The position numbers were made by a program, and so were the translations under genes. This document shows positions 9,261-18,455 of a stretch of DNA of 64,000 nucleotides, piece by piece. A model generated the notes under the pieces. That model did no database searches. It was not told the DNA's origin and worked only from the letters and a program-made list of their open reading frames with translations. Source of the DNA: Pseudomonadota bacterium (GTDB lineage: Bacteria > Pseudomonadota > Gammaproteobacteria > Burkholderiales > JACQAP01); NCBI GenBank assembly GCA_038040175.1, contig JBBPIT010000001.1, positions 12,161 through 76,160 on the forward strand. Reading direction: 5' to 3'. How positions within the stretch are numbered: position 1 is the first letter of the stretch; every line of letters starts with the position of its first letter.

Positions 9261-10490
9261 TCATTTCTTCAGCGCCGCCGGGCCAAGGTCCCAGATCGGC
9301 AGGAACACGCCCAGCGCAAGGATCAGCACCAGCACGCCGAGACACAGGATCAGTATCGGCTCGATCTGCGCGCCGAGCGTCTTCAGTTCGTACTCGACCT
9401 CGCGCTGATACATGTCGGCGATTTCCTGCATCATGTCGTCGAGCGCCCCGGACTCCTCGCCCACCATCATCATCTGCAGCACCACCGGAGTGAACACCCC
9501 GGCGTTGACCGCGGTTCGCAATACGCTTTCGCCGCGCTCGACGCCCTCGCGCATCTTTTCGACTCTTTCCGCGACGAAGCTGTTGTCCACCGTCTGCGCC
9601 ACCAGCGTGAGTCCCTGCACCACCGGAACGCCGCTGCGCATCGACAGGGCGAAGCCGCGCGAAAAACGCGCCAGCGTCGCCTTGAAGATGATCTTGCCCG
9701 CGATCGGGATGCGCAGCTTGAAACGATCCCACGCGTATTTGCCCGCCTTGGTGCGGGTGTAGCCGCGAAACGCGAATGCCGCTCCGACCAGCGCGGCCAG
9801 CAGGAACGGCCAGCTCGAAACCATGAAGTCGGAAAACCCGATCAGCAATTTCGTGATCAGCGGCAGTTCGGCGTTGAAGCCCTTGTACACCTTGGCAAAC
9901 GCCGGGATGACGAAAAGGTTGATGATGACGATCGCGATCGCCATCGCGACAAGCACGAATGACGGATAGCGCAACGCCGACTTGACCTGGCCGCGCATGA
10001 ATTCCTGGAACTCGAGGTGATTGAACAACCTCAGGAAGATTTCCTCGAGCATGCCGGTGGTTTCGCCGACGTACACCATGGCCACGTAGAACGGCGAAAA
10101 CACGCCGTTCTGCCGCTGCAGCGCCACGGACAGCGGACGGCCGCTGTCCAGGTTCTCGCGAATGTTCTGCAGCACCCGCCTGAAAGTCGGATTGCCGGCG
10201 GACTCCTGCAGGCCCGCGAGCGAGCGCATGATCGGCACTCCGGCCTTGAGCAGCGTGTACATCTGCCGGCTGAATAGCAGCAGGTCTTGGTGGGCGACCG
10301 GGCGCTGCGTCAGCCGCTGCAACAGGCCGATCGATTCACCCGCCTGCCGGCGCTGCGTCTCGCCGATCTCCACCGGCGTGACCCCGGTAGCAAACAACTG
10401 GGTCGCCACCGCGGCGCTGTCGGCGCCCTCGACCACGCCCTGCACCAGCTCGCCGGAAGTATTTCTGCCCTTGTAGGCGAAATAAGCCAC
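9261..10490 (-). CDS. mshG: GspF/PilC-family platform protein (MshG)
   Basis: 409 aa starting MAYFAYKGRNTSGELVQG. Duplicated GspF-type domains and three TM regions. Confidence 0.85.
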   Translation of the reverse strand: MAYFAYKGRNTSGELVQGVVEGADSAAVATQLFATGVTPVEIGETQRRQAGESIGLLQRLTQRPVAHQDLLLFSRQMYTLLKAGVPIMRSLAGLQESAGNPTFRRVLQNIRENLDSGRPLSVALQRQNGVFSPFYVAMVYVGETTGMLEEIFLRLFNHLEFQEFMRGQVKSALRYPSFVLVAMAIAIVIINLFVIPAFAKVYKGFNAELPLITKLLIGFSDFMVSSWPFLLAALVGAAFAFRGYTRTKAGKYAWDRFKLRIPIAGKIIFKATLARFSRGFALSMRSGVPVVQGLTLVAQTVDNSFVAERVEKMREGVERGESVLRTAVNAGVFTPVVLQMMMVGEESGALDDMMQEIADMYQREVEYELKTLGAQIEPILILCLGVLVLILALGVFLPIWDLGPAALKK

Positions 10491-10564
10491 GGCTAGATAC
10501 TCACCACGGGGAACACGGGGATTCTCTCGATCTGCATGTTGATCAACTCAAGTGGTAAATCAAT

Positions 10565-12265
10565 TCAGTCTTCCAGTTGCGTGCTGACGCGCATCGCCTC
10601 TTCGACCGTGGTACGTCCGCTGATGACCAGCTGCACCGCGTGATCCTTCAGCATCCGTCCTTCCATCTGCGCGCGCGCGGCCTCGATGAAGCGCGCCGGT
10701 TCCGGCTGGTTGGCAGCCTCGACCACCGGGCGCGTCATCTCCAGCATTTCGTACACCCCGGTGCGGCCCAGGTAGCCGGTGCCGTTGCATTGGGAGCAGC
10801 CGCGCCCCTTGAGGTAGGTATGTCCATCCGCCGCGGCGCCGATGTGGTTGCGCATCCACTCGTGCTCGCTCGCCAGCAGCGAGTAGGATTCCGCGCAGCT
10901 CTCGCAAATGATGCGCACCAGGCGCTGGGCCACCACCAATTGCAGCGACATGGCGACCATGTATCGCGGCGCCCCCATGTCCAGCAGCCGGATGGGCGTG
11001 CTGACCGCGTCGTTGGTGTGCAGGGTGGACAACACCAAGTGGCCGGTCATCGCCGCGCGCAGCCCGGTTTCCACCGTGCCCTCGTCGCGCATTTCGCCGA
11101 CCAGGATAACGTCCGGGTCCTGGCGCAGCGCGGTGCGCAGCACCCGCCCGAAAGTCAGATCGATCTTCTCGTGGATCTGCACCTGGTTGATTCCGGGCAG
11201 CCGGTACTCGACCGGGTCCTCGACGGTGATGATCTTGCGTTCCGGCGTATTGAGTTCGTCCAGCGCGGCGTACAGCGTGGTGGTCTTGCCGCTGCCCGTG
11301 GGGCCGGTAACCAGCACCATGCCGCTGGGCCGGTGGATGATCTGGCGCAGCTTTTCCAGCATCGCTTCCGGCATGCCGATGCGCTCCAGTCCAAGCAGGC
11401 CGCCGCTCTGGTTGAGCAGGCGCATGACCGCGGATTCCCCGTGCTGGGTGGGCATCGTCGAAATGCGCACGTCGATCTGGGCATTGCGGACCCGGACGTT
11501 GAAGCGTCCGTCCTGCGGCAGGCGCTTCTCGGAGATGTCCAGTCCCGACATCAGTTTCAGCCGCAGCACCAGCGCCGGCGCGATCTTCGGGTCGGATTCC
11601 GCCTGCATGTGCAACACCCCGTCGATGCGGAAGCGGATCAACAGCTTCTTTTCCTGCGGCTCGATGTGGATGTCCGAGGCGCGCACCTGCACCGCGTCCT
11701 CGAACACCGACTGCAGCAATTTGACCACCGGCGCATCCTCAGCCCCTGCGGTGATGCCGAGCGCGGCGAAATCGATCGCGTCGCCCAGTTCGTCGCCGAG
11801 TTCCTGCGCCAGCCCGCTGATTTCCTCGGTGCGCCGGTACACCCGGTCGATGGTCTGCAGCAGCAGGGACTCGCTCACCACCGCCAGCTGGATGTGGCGC
11901 TTGAGCACGCGGGTGATCTCGTCATAGCCGAACAGATCGGTCGGATCCGCCATGCCCACCCGGAAGAACGCGCCGGTATCTTCGAGCACGATGGCGCGGA
12001 AACGCCGCGCCAGGGTCTCCGGCAGCCGGGTGGCGACGTCGGGCTTGATGTTGAAATGCTTGAGGTCGATGAACGGGACCTGGAGCTGGCGCGCCAGCGC
12101 GCCGCCGATCTGCTCCTCGGTCAGCAAGCCCGAGTCGATGAAGATGCGGCCGAGTTTGCGCCCGCTGCGCTTCTGCTCCTCGAGCGCCGCCTTGAGCTGG
12201 TCCTCGGCAAGCAATTTCTGCTGGAGAAGAATTTCCCCCAGCCTGATTTTTTCAGGTCTACCCAT
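10565..12265 (-). CDS. mshE: GspE/PilB-family secretion ATPase with N-terminal MshEN domain (MshE)
   Basis: Walker A GPTGSGKTTT. C-terminal tetra-Cys (CESC...CSQCNGTG). N-terminal tandem motifs RLGEILLQQKLLAEDQLKAALEEQ and KLGRIFIDSGLLTEEQIGGALARQ. Trimmed to the ATG at 12265; the ORF-track start at 12304 is a GTG. Confidence 0.9.
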   Translation of the reverse strand: MGRPEKIRLGEILLQQKLLAEDQLKAALEEQKRSGRKLGRIFIDSGLLTEEQIGGALARQLQVPFIDLKHFNIKPDVATRLPETLARRFRAIVLEDTGAFFRVGMADPTDLFGYDEITRVLKRHIQLAVVSESLLLQTIDRVYRRTEEISGLAQELGDELGDAIDFAALGITAGAEDAPVVKLLQSVFEDAVQVRASDIHIEPQEKKLLIRFRIDGVLHMQAESDPKIAPALVLRLKLMSGLDISEKRLPQDGRFNVRVRNAQIDVRISTMPTQHGESAVMRLLNQSGGLLGLERIGMPEAMLEKLRQIIHRPSGMVLVTGPTGSGKTTTLYAALDELNTPERKIITVEDPVEYRLPGINQVQIHEKIDLTFGRVLRTALRQDPDVILVGEMRDEGTVETGLRAAMTGHLVLSTLHTNDAVSTPIRLLDMGAPRYMVAMSLQLVVAQRLVRIICESCAESYSLLASEHEWMRNHIGAAADGHTYLKGRGCSQCNGTGYLGRTGVYEMLEMTRPVVEAANQPEPARFIEAARAQMEGRMLKDHAVQLVISGRTTVEEAMRVSTQLED

Positions 12266-12371
12266 TCCGGTTCGCGGTTCCCTGACCAGCACTGTCAAGA
12301 TCACTTGAGGTTTTTATTGCAGCTTCTTGAATTAGAAGATTAAACTGTAAACGTTACCAAGTGCAAGCAAA

Positions 12372-12839
12372 ATGTTCGATATCGTTCTGTATCAGCCCGA
12401 AATCCCGCCCAACACCGGCAACGTTATTCGGCTGTGCGCCAATACCGGCTGCCGGCTGCACCTGATCGAACCGCTGGGATTCCGGCTGGAGGACCGTCAA
12501 CTGAAGCGCGCCGGGCTGGATTACCACGAATACGCCAGGGTCCAGGTGCACCCGGGCTGGGAGGCCTTTCTGGCCACCATTCCCTCAAGCCGCCGGTTCG
12601 CCTTCAGCGCCAAGGCTGCCAACCGCTACGATCAGGTCGGATTTCAAGCGGGGGACGTACTGGTCTTTGGTCCGGAGACGAGCGGGCTGCCGGAAGAGGT
12701 AAGAGCAAGCTTCGAGCCGCAACGGCGGCTGCGGCTGCCGATGGTGCCGGCCAGCCGCAGTCTGAATCTGTCCAACGCGGTGGCGGTGGTGGTCTACGAG
12801 GCGTGGCGGCAGAACGGCTTCATGGGCGCCAACAGTTAG
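12372..12839 (+). CDS. trmL: tRNA (cytidine/uridine-2'-O)-methyltransferase TrmL (SpoU/YibK family)
   Basis: MFDIVLYQPEIPPNTGNVIRLCANTG...SLNLSNAVAVVVYEAWRQ, a typical TrmL over 155 aa. Confidence 0.85.
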   Translation: MFDIVLYQPEIPPNTGNVIRLCANTGCRLHLIEPLGFRLEDRQLKRAGLDYHEYARVQVHPGWEAFLATIPSSRRFAFSAKAANRYDQVGFQAGDVLVFGPETSGLPEEVRASFEPQRRLRLPMVPASRSLNLSNAVAVVVYEAWRQNGFMGANS

Positions 12840-13828
12840 CGCACACTTTCGGGCTTGGGCTCGCGCTGCAGCAGCTCTTCCACCGCATCACGGGCAGAGG
12901 CGTGGCCGTCCAGGACCCGGCAGACCGCGCGGGTGATGGGCATATCGACATCCAGGTCCTGCGCCAGCCGCAAAACCTCGCGGGCGCTGAAAACGCCTTC
13001 GGCGACGTGCCCGAGATCGCCCAGAATGTCCGCCAGGCGCCGTCCGCCGGCGAGTTCCAGGCCGACCCGTCGGTTTCGCGACAGGTCGGAGGTCGCCGTC
13101 AACACCAGGTCGCCGGCACCTGCCAATCCCATGAAGGTCTCCAGCCGTCCGCCCAGGCGCATGCCGAGGCGGGTCATTTCCGCCAGCCCGCGGGTGATCA
13201 ACGCCGCGCGCGCGCTGGCACCGAGCTCGAGGCCGTCGCAAACCCCGGCGGCAATGGCAATCACGTTCTTGACCGCCCCGCCGGTCTCGACGCCGGCAAG
13301 ATCATCGCTGGAGTACACGCGCAAGCGCCCGGTATGCAACTCGCGCGCGGCCGCAGACGCAAATTCGGCATCACGCGAAGCCAGCGTGACCGCCGCCGGC
13401 AGCCCGCGCGCCACCTCATCGGCAAAACTCGGTCCCGACAGCGCTCCGAAGCGGAAGCGCTCACCCAGTTCCTCGCCGACGACCTGGTGCGGAAATTTGG
13501 CGCTGCCGCTCTCGAAACCCTTGCACAGCCAGACCACGTCCGGCGCGCGTTTCTGGCGCGCGACGCGTCGCGCCGTTTCGCGCAGCGCGGCAGCGGGAAC
13601 AGCAACGATGGCCATTTCGCAGGACTGCAGTGCGGCGTCGGCATCGGCGGTGATTCGAACCGCGCCGGGAATGGCGACGCCTGGAAGATAGCGGGCATTG
13701 ACCCGCGCGGCGGCGAGTTGGCCGCCCTGTTGCGGATCGCGGCACCACAGCGTGATTTCGTGGCGCGGCGAAAGCGCGATCCCGAGCGCCGTGCCCCACG
13801 CGCCGGCACCGAGGATGGCGATTCTCAT
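12836..13828 (-). CDS. gpsA: NAD(P)H-dependent glycerol-3-phosphate dehydrogenase
   Basis: Trimmed to MRIAILGAGAWGTALGIAL (ATG at 13828). Conserved GpsA body. Confidence 0.9.
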   Translation of the reverse strand: MRIAILGAGAWGTALGIALSPRHEITLWCRDPQQGGQLAAARVNARYLPGVAIPGAVRITADADAALQSCEMAIVAVPAAALRETARRVARQKRAPDVVWLCKGFESGSAKFPHQVVGEELGERFRFGALSGPSFADEVARGLPAAVTLASRDAEFASAAARELHTGRLRVYSSDDLAGVETGGAVKNVIAIAAGVCDGLELGASARAALITRGLAEMTRLGMRLGGRLETFMGLAGAGDLVLTATSDLSRNRRVGLELAGGRRLADILGDLGHVAEGVFSAREVLRLAQDLDVDMPITRAVCRVLDGHASARDAVEELLQREPKPESVR

Positions 13829-14271
13829 ACGCCCCAGAGCTGGCTGACCTTTATGAAGCCGACCGCGCCGTCCGGGTGGCGCACCTTTACCCAACCGGCG
13901 GTGAGTTGGAGAAACTCAAGCACCACGCCTTTATCTGCGGTGAACGCCAGCGCGGCGGCATCGCTGGCGGACTGGCGCGCCTCCGCGCTCGAGGACTTGA
14001 CCAGCACCGTGCGGCGCTCGGACAACTGGTGGTTCTCTATCCAGGCAAATTCCCCGGTGTCGTCGCGCACCTTGGTCCATCCCTCGACCTTGACCACCAC
14101 CTCCACCGGGTAGTCGCGCGACAGCACGAAGAGCTTTTGTGCCTTGGTCGACGGCGCGTCGTAAAGGATTGCCGCCGCGCTCGCCACCGAGCGGAATTCC
14201 AGCGCAACCGCAGCCCCGGAACAGAGCAGCAACCCAGCCAGAAAACCGCATCGCAGCAGCGCGCGCGCCAT
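13825..14271 (-). CDS. Secreted bacterial SH3-domain protein
   Basis: Trimmed to MARALLRCGFLAGLLLCSGAAVA (signal peptide, ATG at 14271). Two SH3-like segments (YPVEVVVKVEGWTKVRD, GWVKVRHPDGAVGFI). Conserved position between secB and gpsA. Confidence 0.6.
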   Translation of the reverse strand: MARALLRCGFLAGLLLCSGAAVALEFRSVASAAAILYDAPSTKAQKLFVLSRDYPVEVVVKVEGWTKVRDDTGEFAWIENHQLSERRTVLVKSSSAEARQSASDAAALAFTADKGVVLEFLQLTAGWVKVRHPDGAVGFIKVSQLWGV

Positions 14272-14281
14272 GTCGGGAACC

Positions 14282-14570
14282 CTAGGGAAGCTCTGCATAA
14301 GTCCCGCATGCGCGACCGAGGCGATTCGGGTCGAGGGCAAGACGGCGAGGACGCCGTGTAGCCGGCCTACATAAGGAGGAGCCGACGCAGGCATCGGCCC
14401 GAATCGCCCGGTCCCTCGAAAGAGTCGAAATGTCATTGGGTTGTGCCAGGTGCGGCGCCTGCGTTGTTACGCTCCTTGTTGGGGCTTCAGCCGCACCTGC
14501 GGAGCGACGCCTAGCAGTCATCCGCACCTGGCGCAACGCGCGTCGTCGGACTTATGCAGAGCTTCCCTAG
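14282..14570. mobile_element. IS5-family-like MITE (281-bp core 14286-14566) flanked by a duplicated CTAG
   Basis: Perfect 23-bp terminal inverted repeat: CTAGGGAAGCTCTGCATAAGTCC at 14282-14304 and its reverse complement at 14548-14570. The IR core GGAAGCTCTGCATAAGTCCC resembles the IS5 end GGAAGGTGCGAACAAGTCCC (from memory). There is no transposase ORF inside. Confidence 0.6.
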
Positions 14571-15025
14571 TGCGTGGCGCCCTCGGGCGCCTGCGTCTGG
14601 CCTTGCTGCCGGGCCTGGAAGATGGCTTCGAAATTCACCGGGCTCAACACCACCGGCGGGAAGCCGGCGCGCACCACCGCTTCGGAAACCACTTCGCGCA
14701 CATAGGGGTAAAGGATGTTCGGGCAGGTGATGCCGAGCACCGGCTCGAGCTCCGCCTGCGGTACGTTGCGGATCTGAAACACCCCGCCCTGGCTCACCTC
14801 CACCAGGAACATGGTCTTGTCGCCGATCTTGGCGGTAACGGTCACCTTCAACACGACCTCGAAGTAGCCGTCATCTATCGGGCTGGCGCTGTTGTTCATC
14901 TGGATCTCGACCTGCGGCGCCTCCCGCTCCAGATATATGCGCGGCGCGTTGGGCACCTCCAGTGACAGATCCTTGACGAACAGCTTCTCGATTGAAAAGA
15001 CCGGCTGGGTGGGTTGTTGGCTCAT
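14567..15025 (-). CDS. secB: Protein-export chaperone SecB
   Basis: ORF 14567..15556 trimmed to MSQQPTQPVFSIEKLFVKDLSLEVPNAP (ATG at 15025). 152 aa. Confidence 0.9.
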   Translation of the reverse strand: MSQQPTQPVFSIEKLFVKDLSLEVPNAPRIYLEREAPQVEIQMNNSASPIDDGYFEVVLKVTVTAKIGDKTMFLVEVSQGGVFQIRNVPQAELEPVLGITCPNILYPYVREVVSEAVVRAGFPPVVLSPVNFEAIFQARQQGQTQAPEGATH

Positions 15026-15050
15026 GATTTCTGTTCTCTTGGTTGACAGG

Positions 15051-15338
15051 TCAGTCGGCGTGTCCGCGTGCTTCGGCGGTTTCTCTGCCAAGCATCGGTT
15101 CGAGCTTTCCGGCCTGATCCAGTGCAGACAAATCGTCGAAGCCCCCGACATGGAAGTCGTCGATGTAGATCTGCGGTACGGTGCGGCGCCCGCTTCGCTG
15201 CAGCATTTCCGCGCGCCGCGCCGGCTGCAGGTCGACGCGGATTTTTTCAATTTCCACCACGCCTTTGGTGGTGAGCAGCCGTTCCGCGGCAATGCAGTAA
15301 GGACACCAGGCCGTACAGTACATGCTGATCCGCGGCAT
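15051..15338 (-). CDS. grxC: Glutaredoxin 3
   Basis: MYCTAWCPYC active site and ...TVPQIYIDDFHVGGFDDL. The ATG abuts the rhodanese stop codon. Confidence 0.85.
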   Translation of the reverse strand: MPRISMYCTAWCPYCIAAERLLTTKGVVEIEKIRVDLQPARRAEMLQRSGRRTVPQIYIDDFHVGGFDDLSALDQAGKLEPMLGRETAEARGHAD

Positions 15339-15749
15339 CTACTTCTCCACCGGAAGATTGGCCTGTTGCCAGGCTCCGAAGCCGCCCGCCAAGACCACCA
15401 CCTCGCCGAAGCCGGCTTTCTTGAGCGCCGAAGTGGCGGCATGCGAGCGGCTGCCGGTCTGGCAGGTGACGACCACCGGCCTGGCTTTGAACTTCTCGAT
15501 TTCGCCGAGGCGCTTGTCGAGCTGGCCCAACGGCACGTTTTTCGCGTTCGGTGCATGTCCGGAACTGAATTCGCCCGGCTCGCGCACGTCCAGCATCACC
15601 GCATCCTTGCGGTTTATCAGCTGCACCGCCTCCAGGGGGCCGACTTCGGGAGCCCCGCTCAAACGCCGGTTGATCCATGGCCACACTAGAACCCCGCCGC
15701 TCGCCAGTGCGGTCAACACCAGCCAGATATTGTCCTGAATGAACTTCAC
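15339..15749 (-). CDS. Membrane-anchored rhodanese-domain sulfurtransferase
   Basis: N-terminal TM segment, and a rhodanese active-site loop VVTCQTGSRS. The GTG start overlaps the upstream stop (GTGA). Confidence 0.8.
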   Translation of the reverse strand: MKFIQDNIWLVLTALASGGVLVWPWINRRLSGAPEVGPLEAVQLINRKDAVMLDVREPGEFSSGHAPNAKNVPLGQLDKRLGEIEKFKARPVVVTCQTGSRSHAATSALKKAGFGEVVVLAGGFGAWQQANLPVEK

Positions 15750-17602
15750 TTCGATTCCTTTGCGCTTCCTGCCGTTGTGTATTGGATCAGATCCGCCACG
15801 CCCTTTTCACCGCCCGCCGCCATGGATTCCATGACCCGGATCACGCCGCCACGGTCCGACGGGTAATTCGCCTCCGCGAGATCCCATTGCGTCCGCGCCG
15901 CCTCCTGTTCGCCGTTCAACGCAAGCAGGATGGCCTGCCGGTAAACCACATCCGCCGACGGCGCGAAGCGCATGACCAGTCCGTTGAAGGCCAGCTTGTC
16001 GTCGATTTGCTCTCGGTTAAGCACCATCAGACGCGACAGCGCCAATTCCACGAAGGGAGCGAACAGCGAATGCTGTTGCAGCTCCAGCAGAACCGCCGCC
16101 GTGTTCTCGCCACTCTGAGCCGCGGCGCCGGAAGGATGCGGCTGGATCCGGTGCAACGACTGGAGGGTGCGGTAGTCCTGATAAACGTTGGCTGCCGCCA
16201 TTCCTCCGAGGAGCAACATCGGCACCAGCAGCAACCGGCCGCGACTGCGATCGCCGACCTGGAGCGCGGCAGTCTCGGACACACCCAGCGCAACCGCCGC
16301 AATGCCCAGGAAATAGGCGTACCAGAGCGGGTACTCTAGCATACTGTGGATGCCCAGAATCGCCAGCACTGCGCACAACCACCACAGATGCGCAGTCGGT
16401 TCCTGACGACGCATTGCGAGCAGCAGGGATGCCAGTCCGGCGCACAGGACCGCCACCCCTGCGATGCCGAATTCGGCCATGGTCTGGAACCCCAGGTTGT
16501 GCGCATGGTCGGTGATCGCACTCTCCGTCCGCGGCGCCGGCAACTGTGCGTTGAGCAGAAAATGCTGCCAGGCAAACTGTCTGAATCCCGCGCCGAAGAA
16601 TGGCGCGTCGAGAAACATGCGCCAGGCCTCGTACCACAGGCGCATCCGGTTTGCGGACTGCATGCCCTCGGTGCCCAGACGCGCCCGGATGGTTTCAACC
16701 GGGAATGCCGTTGTAGGCAGGAGGAATTCGGCGAACCATTGCGTTGCCAGGAAGCCACCGACGCAGGCGATGCCGAAGCCGAGGATGCGCGACGCCGCAG
16801 GCTGCGGCCGCAACCGCTGCAACGCCACGCCAAGAACGACCAGCGCAGCCAGATAGATCCAGACGCTGCGCGAACCGGACACCGTCAGCACCAGCAGCAA
16901 CGGCGCCGCGGCGGCAAGGGCGAGCGGCAGCGCCAGCCGCCGCACGCCGTAGAGATAAGCCAGCGAGGCGAGCCCGAGGCACAGGTAGTTGGCAAGATGA
17001 TTGGGCTGCCCGGTATTGGCGTAGATGCGGCCACGGATCTGCGGCAGCACATAGGGCGAAAGCGGCGACTGCACCCCCCACAGTTGCATCAATCCGATCA
17101 CCGCATTCGCAAGCGCCCCGGCAACCACGAACCAGCACAGCGCCGCGACCACGGCTTCCATCCCGAGCACCTGCTTGAGCCGCCACGCCAGCATCGCCAG
17201 CGCGGTGGCCCACAATAAATACAGGACCGCCAGCATGTTTTGCTGCAGATATACCGAGCGTCCGAGCAGGATGTGCAAAAGAATCAGCCCGGCGAAGCCG
17301 AGAAAAACCAGGCTCGAACGCGGCAACTCGATTCCCGCCCACAGCGAACGGCTTAGCAGGCAGGCGAATGCGGCAAGTCCGATGACCGCCGCGGTCGCCT
17401 CGCCGTAGAAACTCGAGATCGGCTCGCGGAAGTTGGGGCTGAGGAACGGCAGCACCCAGGCCAGTCCGACGAGTACCAGGGCAAGCCTCGCAGCGAACGG
17501 AGGAGCGGCGCCGGTGTACGAATTGGTCAGCTCTGGCCCTTCCCAAGCAAAGATGCGGTAAAGAAGGCTTTGTTGTCCGCAATGCGCGGCGCCGGTTGCC
17601 AC
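15746..17602 (-). CDS. PglL/O-antigen-ligase-family polytopic membrane protein (putative O-oligosaccharyltransferase)
   Basis: About 12 TM segments. Wzy_C-type loop [23 protein letters not shown]. Soluble TPR-like C-terminal domain (...[37 protein letters not shown]) as in PglL/PilO-type enzymes. GTG start, uncertain. Confidence 0.6.
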   Translation of the reverse strand: MATGAAHCGQQSLLYRIFAWEGPELTNSYTGAAPPFAARLALVLVGLAWVLPFLSPNFREPISSFYGEATAAVIGLAAFACLLSRSLWAGIELPRSSLVFLGFAGLILLHILLGRSVYLQQNMLAVLYLLWATALAMLAWRLKQVLGMEAVVAALCWFVVAGALANAVIGLMQLWGVQSPLSPYVLPQIRGRIYANTGQPNHLANYLCLGLASLAYLYGVRRLALPLALAAAAPLLLVLTVSGSRSVWIYLAALVVLGVALQRLRPQPAASRILGFGIACVGGFLATQWFAEFLLPTTAFPVETIRARLGTEGMQSANRMRLWYEAWRMFLDAPFFGAGFRQFAWQHFLLNAQLPAPRTESAITDHAHNLGFQTMAEFGIAGVAVLCAGLASLLLAMRRQEPTAHLWWLCAVLAILGIHSMLEYPLWYAYFLGIAAVALGVSETAALQVGDRSRGRLLLVPMLLLGGMAAANVYQDYRTLQSLHRIQPHPSGAAAQSGENTAAVLLELQQHSLFAPFVELALSRLMVLNREQIDDKLAFNGLVMRFAPSADVVYRQAILLALNGEQEAARTQWDLAEANYPSDRGGVIRVMESMAAGGEKGVADLIQYTTAGSAKESK

Positions 17603-17694
17603 GACCGGCGCGACACGCGCCGAAGCCGATACTACAATTCTATCTTCGAAGCGCGGGCTTCCGTGCGCGGATATTTCAAGTTCAATTGCACCGG

Positions 17695-18444
17695 ATGAAA
17701 AAAATCGTTCTGCTCCGCCACGGCGAAAGCGTGTGGAACAAGGAAAACCGCTTTACCGGCTGGACCGATGTGGACCTGTCGGACAAGGGCCTGGTCGAGG
17801 CACGCGAGGCCGGCCGACTGCTCAAGGATGCCGGGTTCGGTTTCGACCTTGCACTGGGCTCCGTGCTCAAGCGCGCCATCCGCACTATGTGGATTGTCCT
17901 CGACGAGCTGGACCTGATGTGGATCCCGCAGCAAATCTCCTGGCGGCTCAATGAGCGTCACTACGGCGCGCTGCAGGGGCTGAACAAGGCCGAGATGGCG
18001 GCGCAGTACGGCGAAGACCAGATCCTGGTGTGGCGCCGCAGCTACGACGTCGCGCCGCCGCCGCTTGCGCGGAGCGATCCGCGCTACCCGGGCAACGACC
18101 CGCGCTATCGCGACATGAAGGAAAGCGACATTCCGCTCAGCGAATGCCTCAAGGACACGGTGGCGCGTTTCCTGCCGTACTGGAAAGATGTGATCGCCCC
18201 GCAGGTCCGAGCCGGCAAGCGCGTGATCGTCGTAGCGCATGGCAACACCATCCGCGCTCTGGTGAAGTACCTCGACAACGTGTCGGAGAAGGACATCGTG
18301 GCGCTGAATATTCCGACCGGCATTCCGCTGGTGTACGAGCTCGACGACCACCTGAGGCCGCTCTCCAGTTACTACCTCGGCGACCAGGAGAAGGCGAAGC
18401 AGGCGGCCGCCGCAGTGGGCGCCCAGGCGCGCGCCGGAACCTGA
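17695..18444 (+). CDS. gpmA: 2,3-bisphosphoglycerate-dependent phosphoglycerate mutase
   Basis: Trimmed to [29 protein letters not shown] (ATG at 17695). Confidence 0.9.
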   Translation: MKKIVLLRHGESVWNKENRFTGWTDVDLSDKGLVEAREAGRLLKDAGFGFDLALGSVLKRAIRTMWIVLDELDLMWIPQQISWRLNERHYGALQGLNKAEMAAQYGEDQILVWRRSYDVAPPPLARSDPRYPGNDPRYRDMKESDIPLSECLKDTVARFLPYWKDVIAPQVRAGKRVIVVAHGNTIRALVKYLDNVSEKDIVALNIPTGIPLVYELDDHLRPLSSYYLGDQEKAKQAAAAVGAQARAGT

Positions 18445-18455
18445 GCCCGGAGCGC

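Noticed and set aside
10577-12343. 588-aa ORF antisense to mshE. Similar long shadow ORFs occur elsewhere, e.g. 12434..14113 (+), 19600..20943 (-), 24037..25209 (+), 29047..30147 (-), 43824..45077 (+), 46205..47308 (+) and 56888..57895 (+).
   Set aside because: They are Arg/Ala/Gly/Pro/His-rich with no recognisable motifs. They lie entirely antisense to, or out of frame with, genes that have strong family signatures. Such open frames are expected in high-GC DNA.
14567-15556. Very long N-terminal extensions offered by the ORF track. Examples are secB 329 aa, mshD 277 aa, GT2 401 aa, the membrane protein 574 aa, gpsA, gpmA, envC, bufA and bufB.
   Set aside because: The extensions overlap upstream genes and have shadow-ORF composition. 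Internal ATG/GTG codons coincide with conserved protein N-termini, RBS-like sequences or stop/start overlaps (ATGA, GTGA, TGATG).
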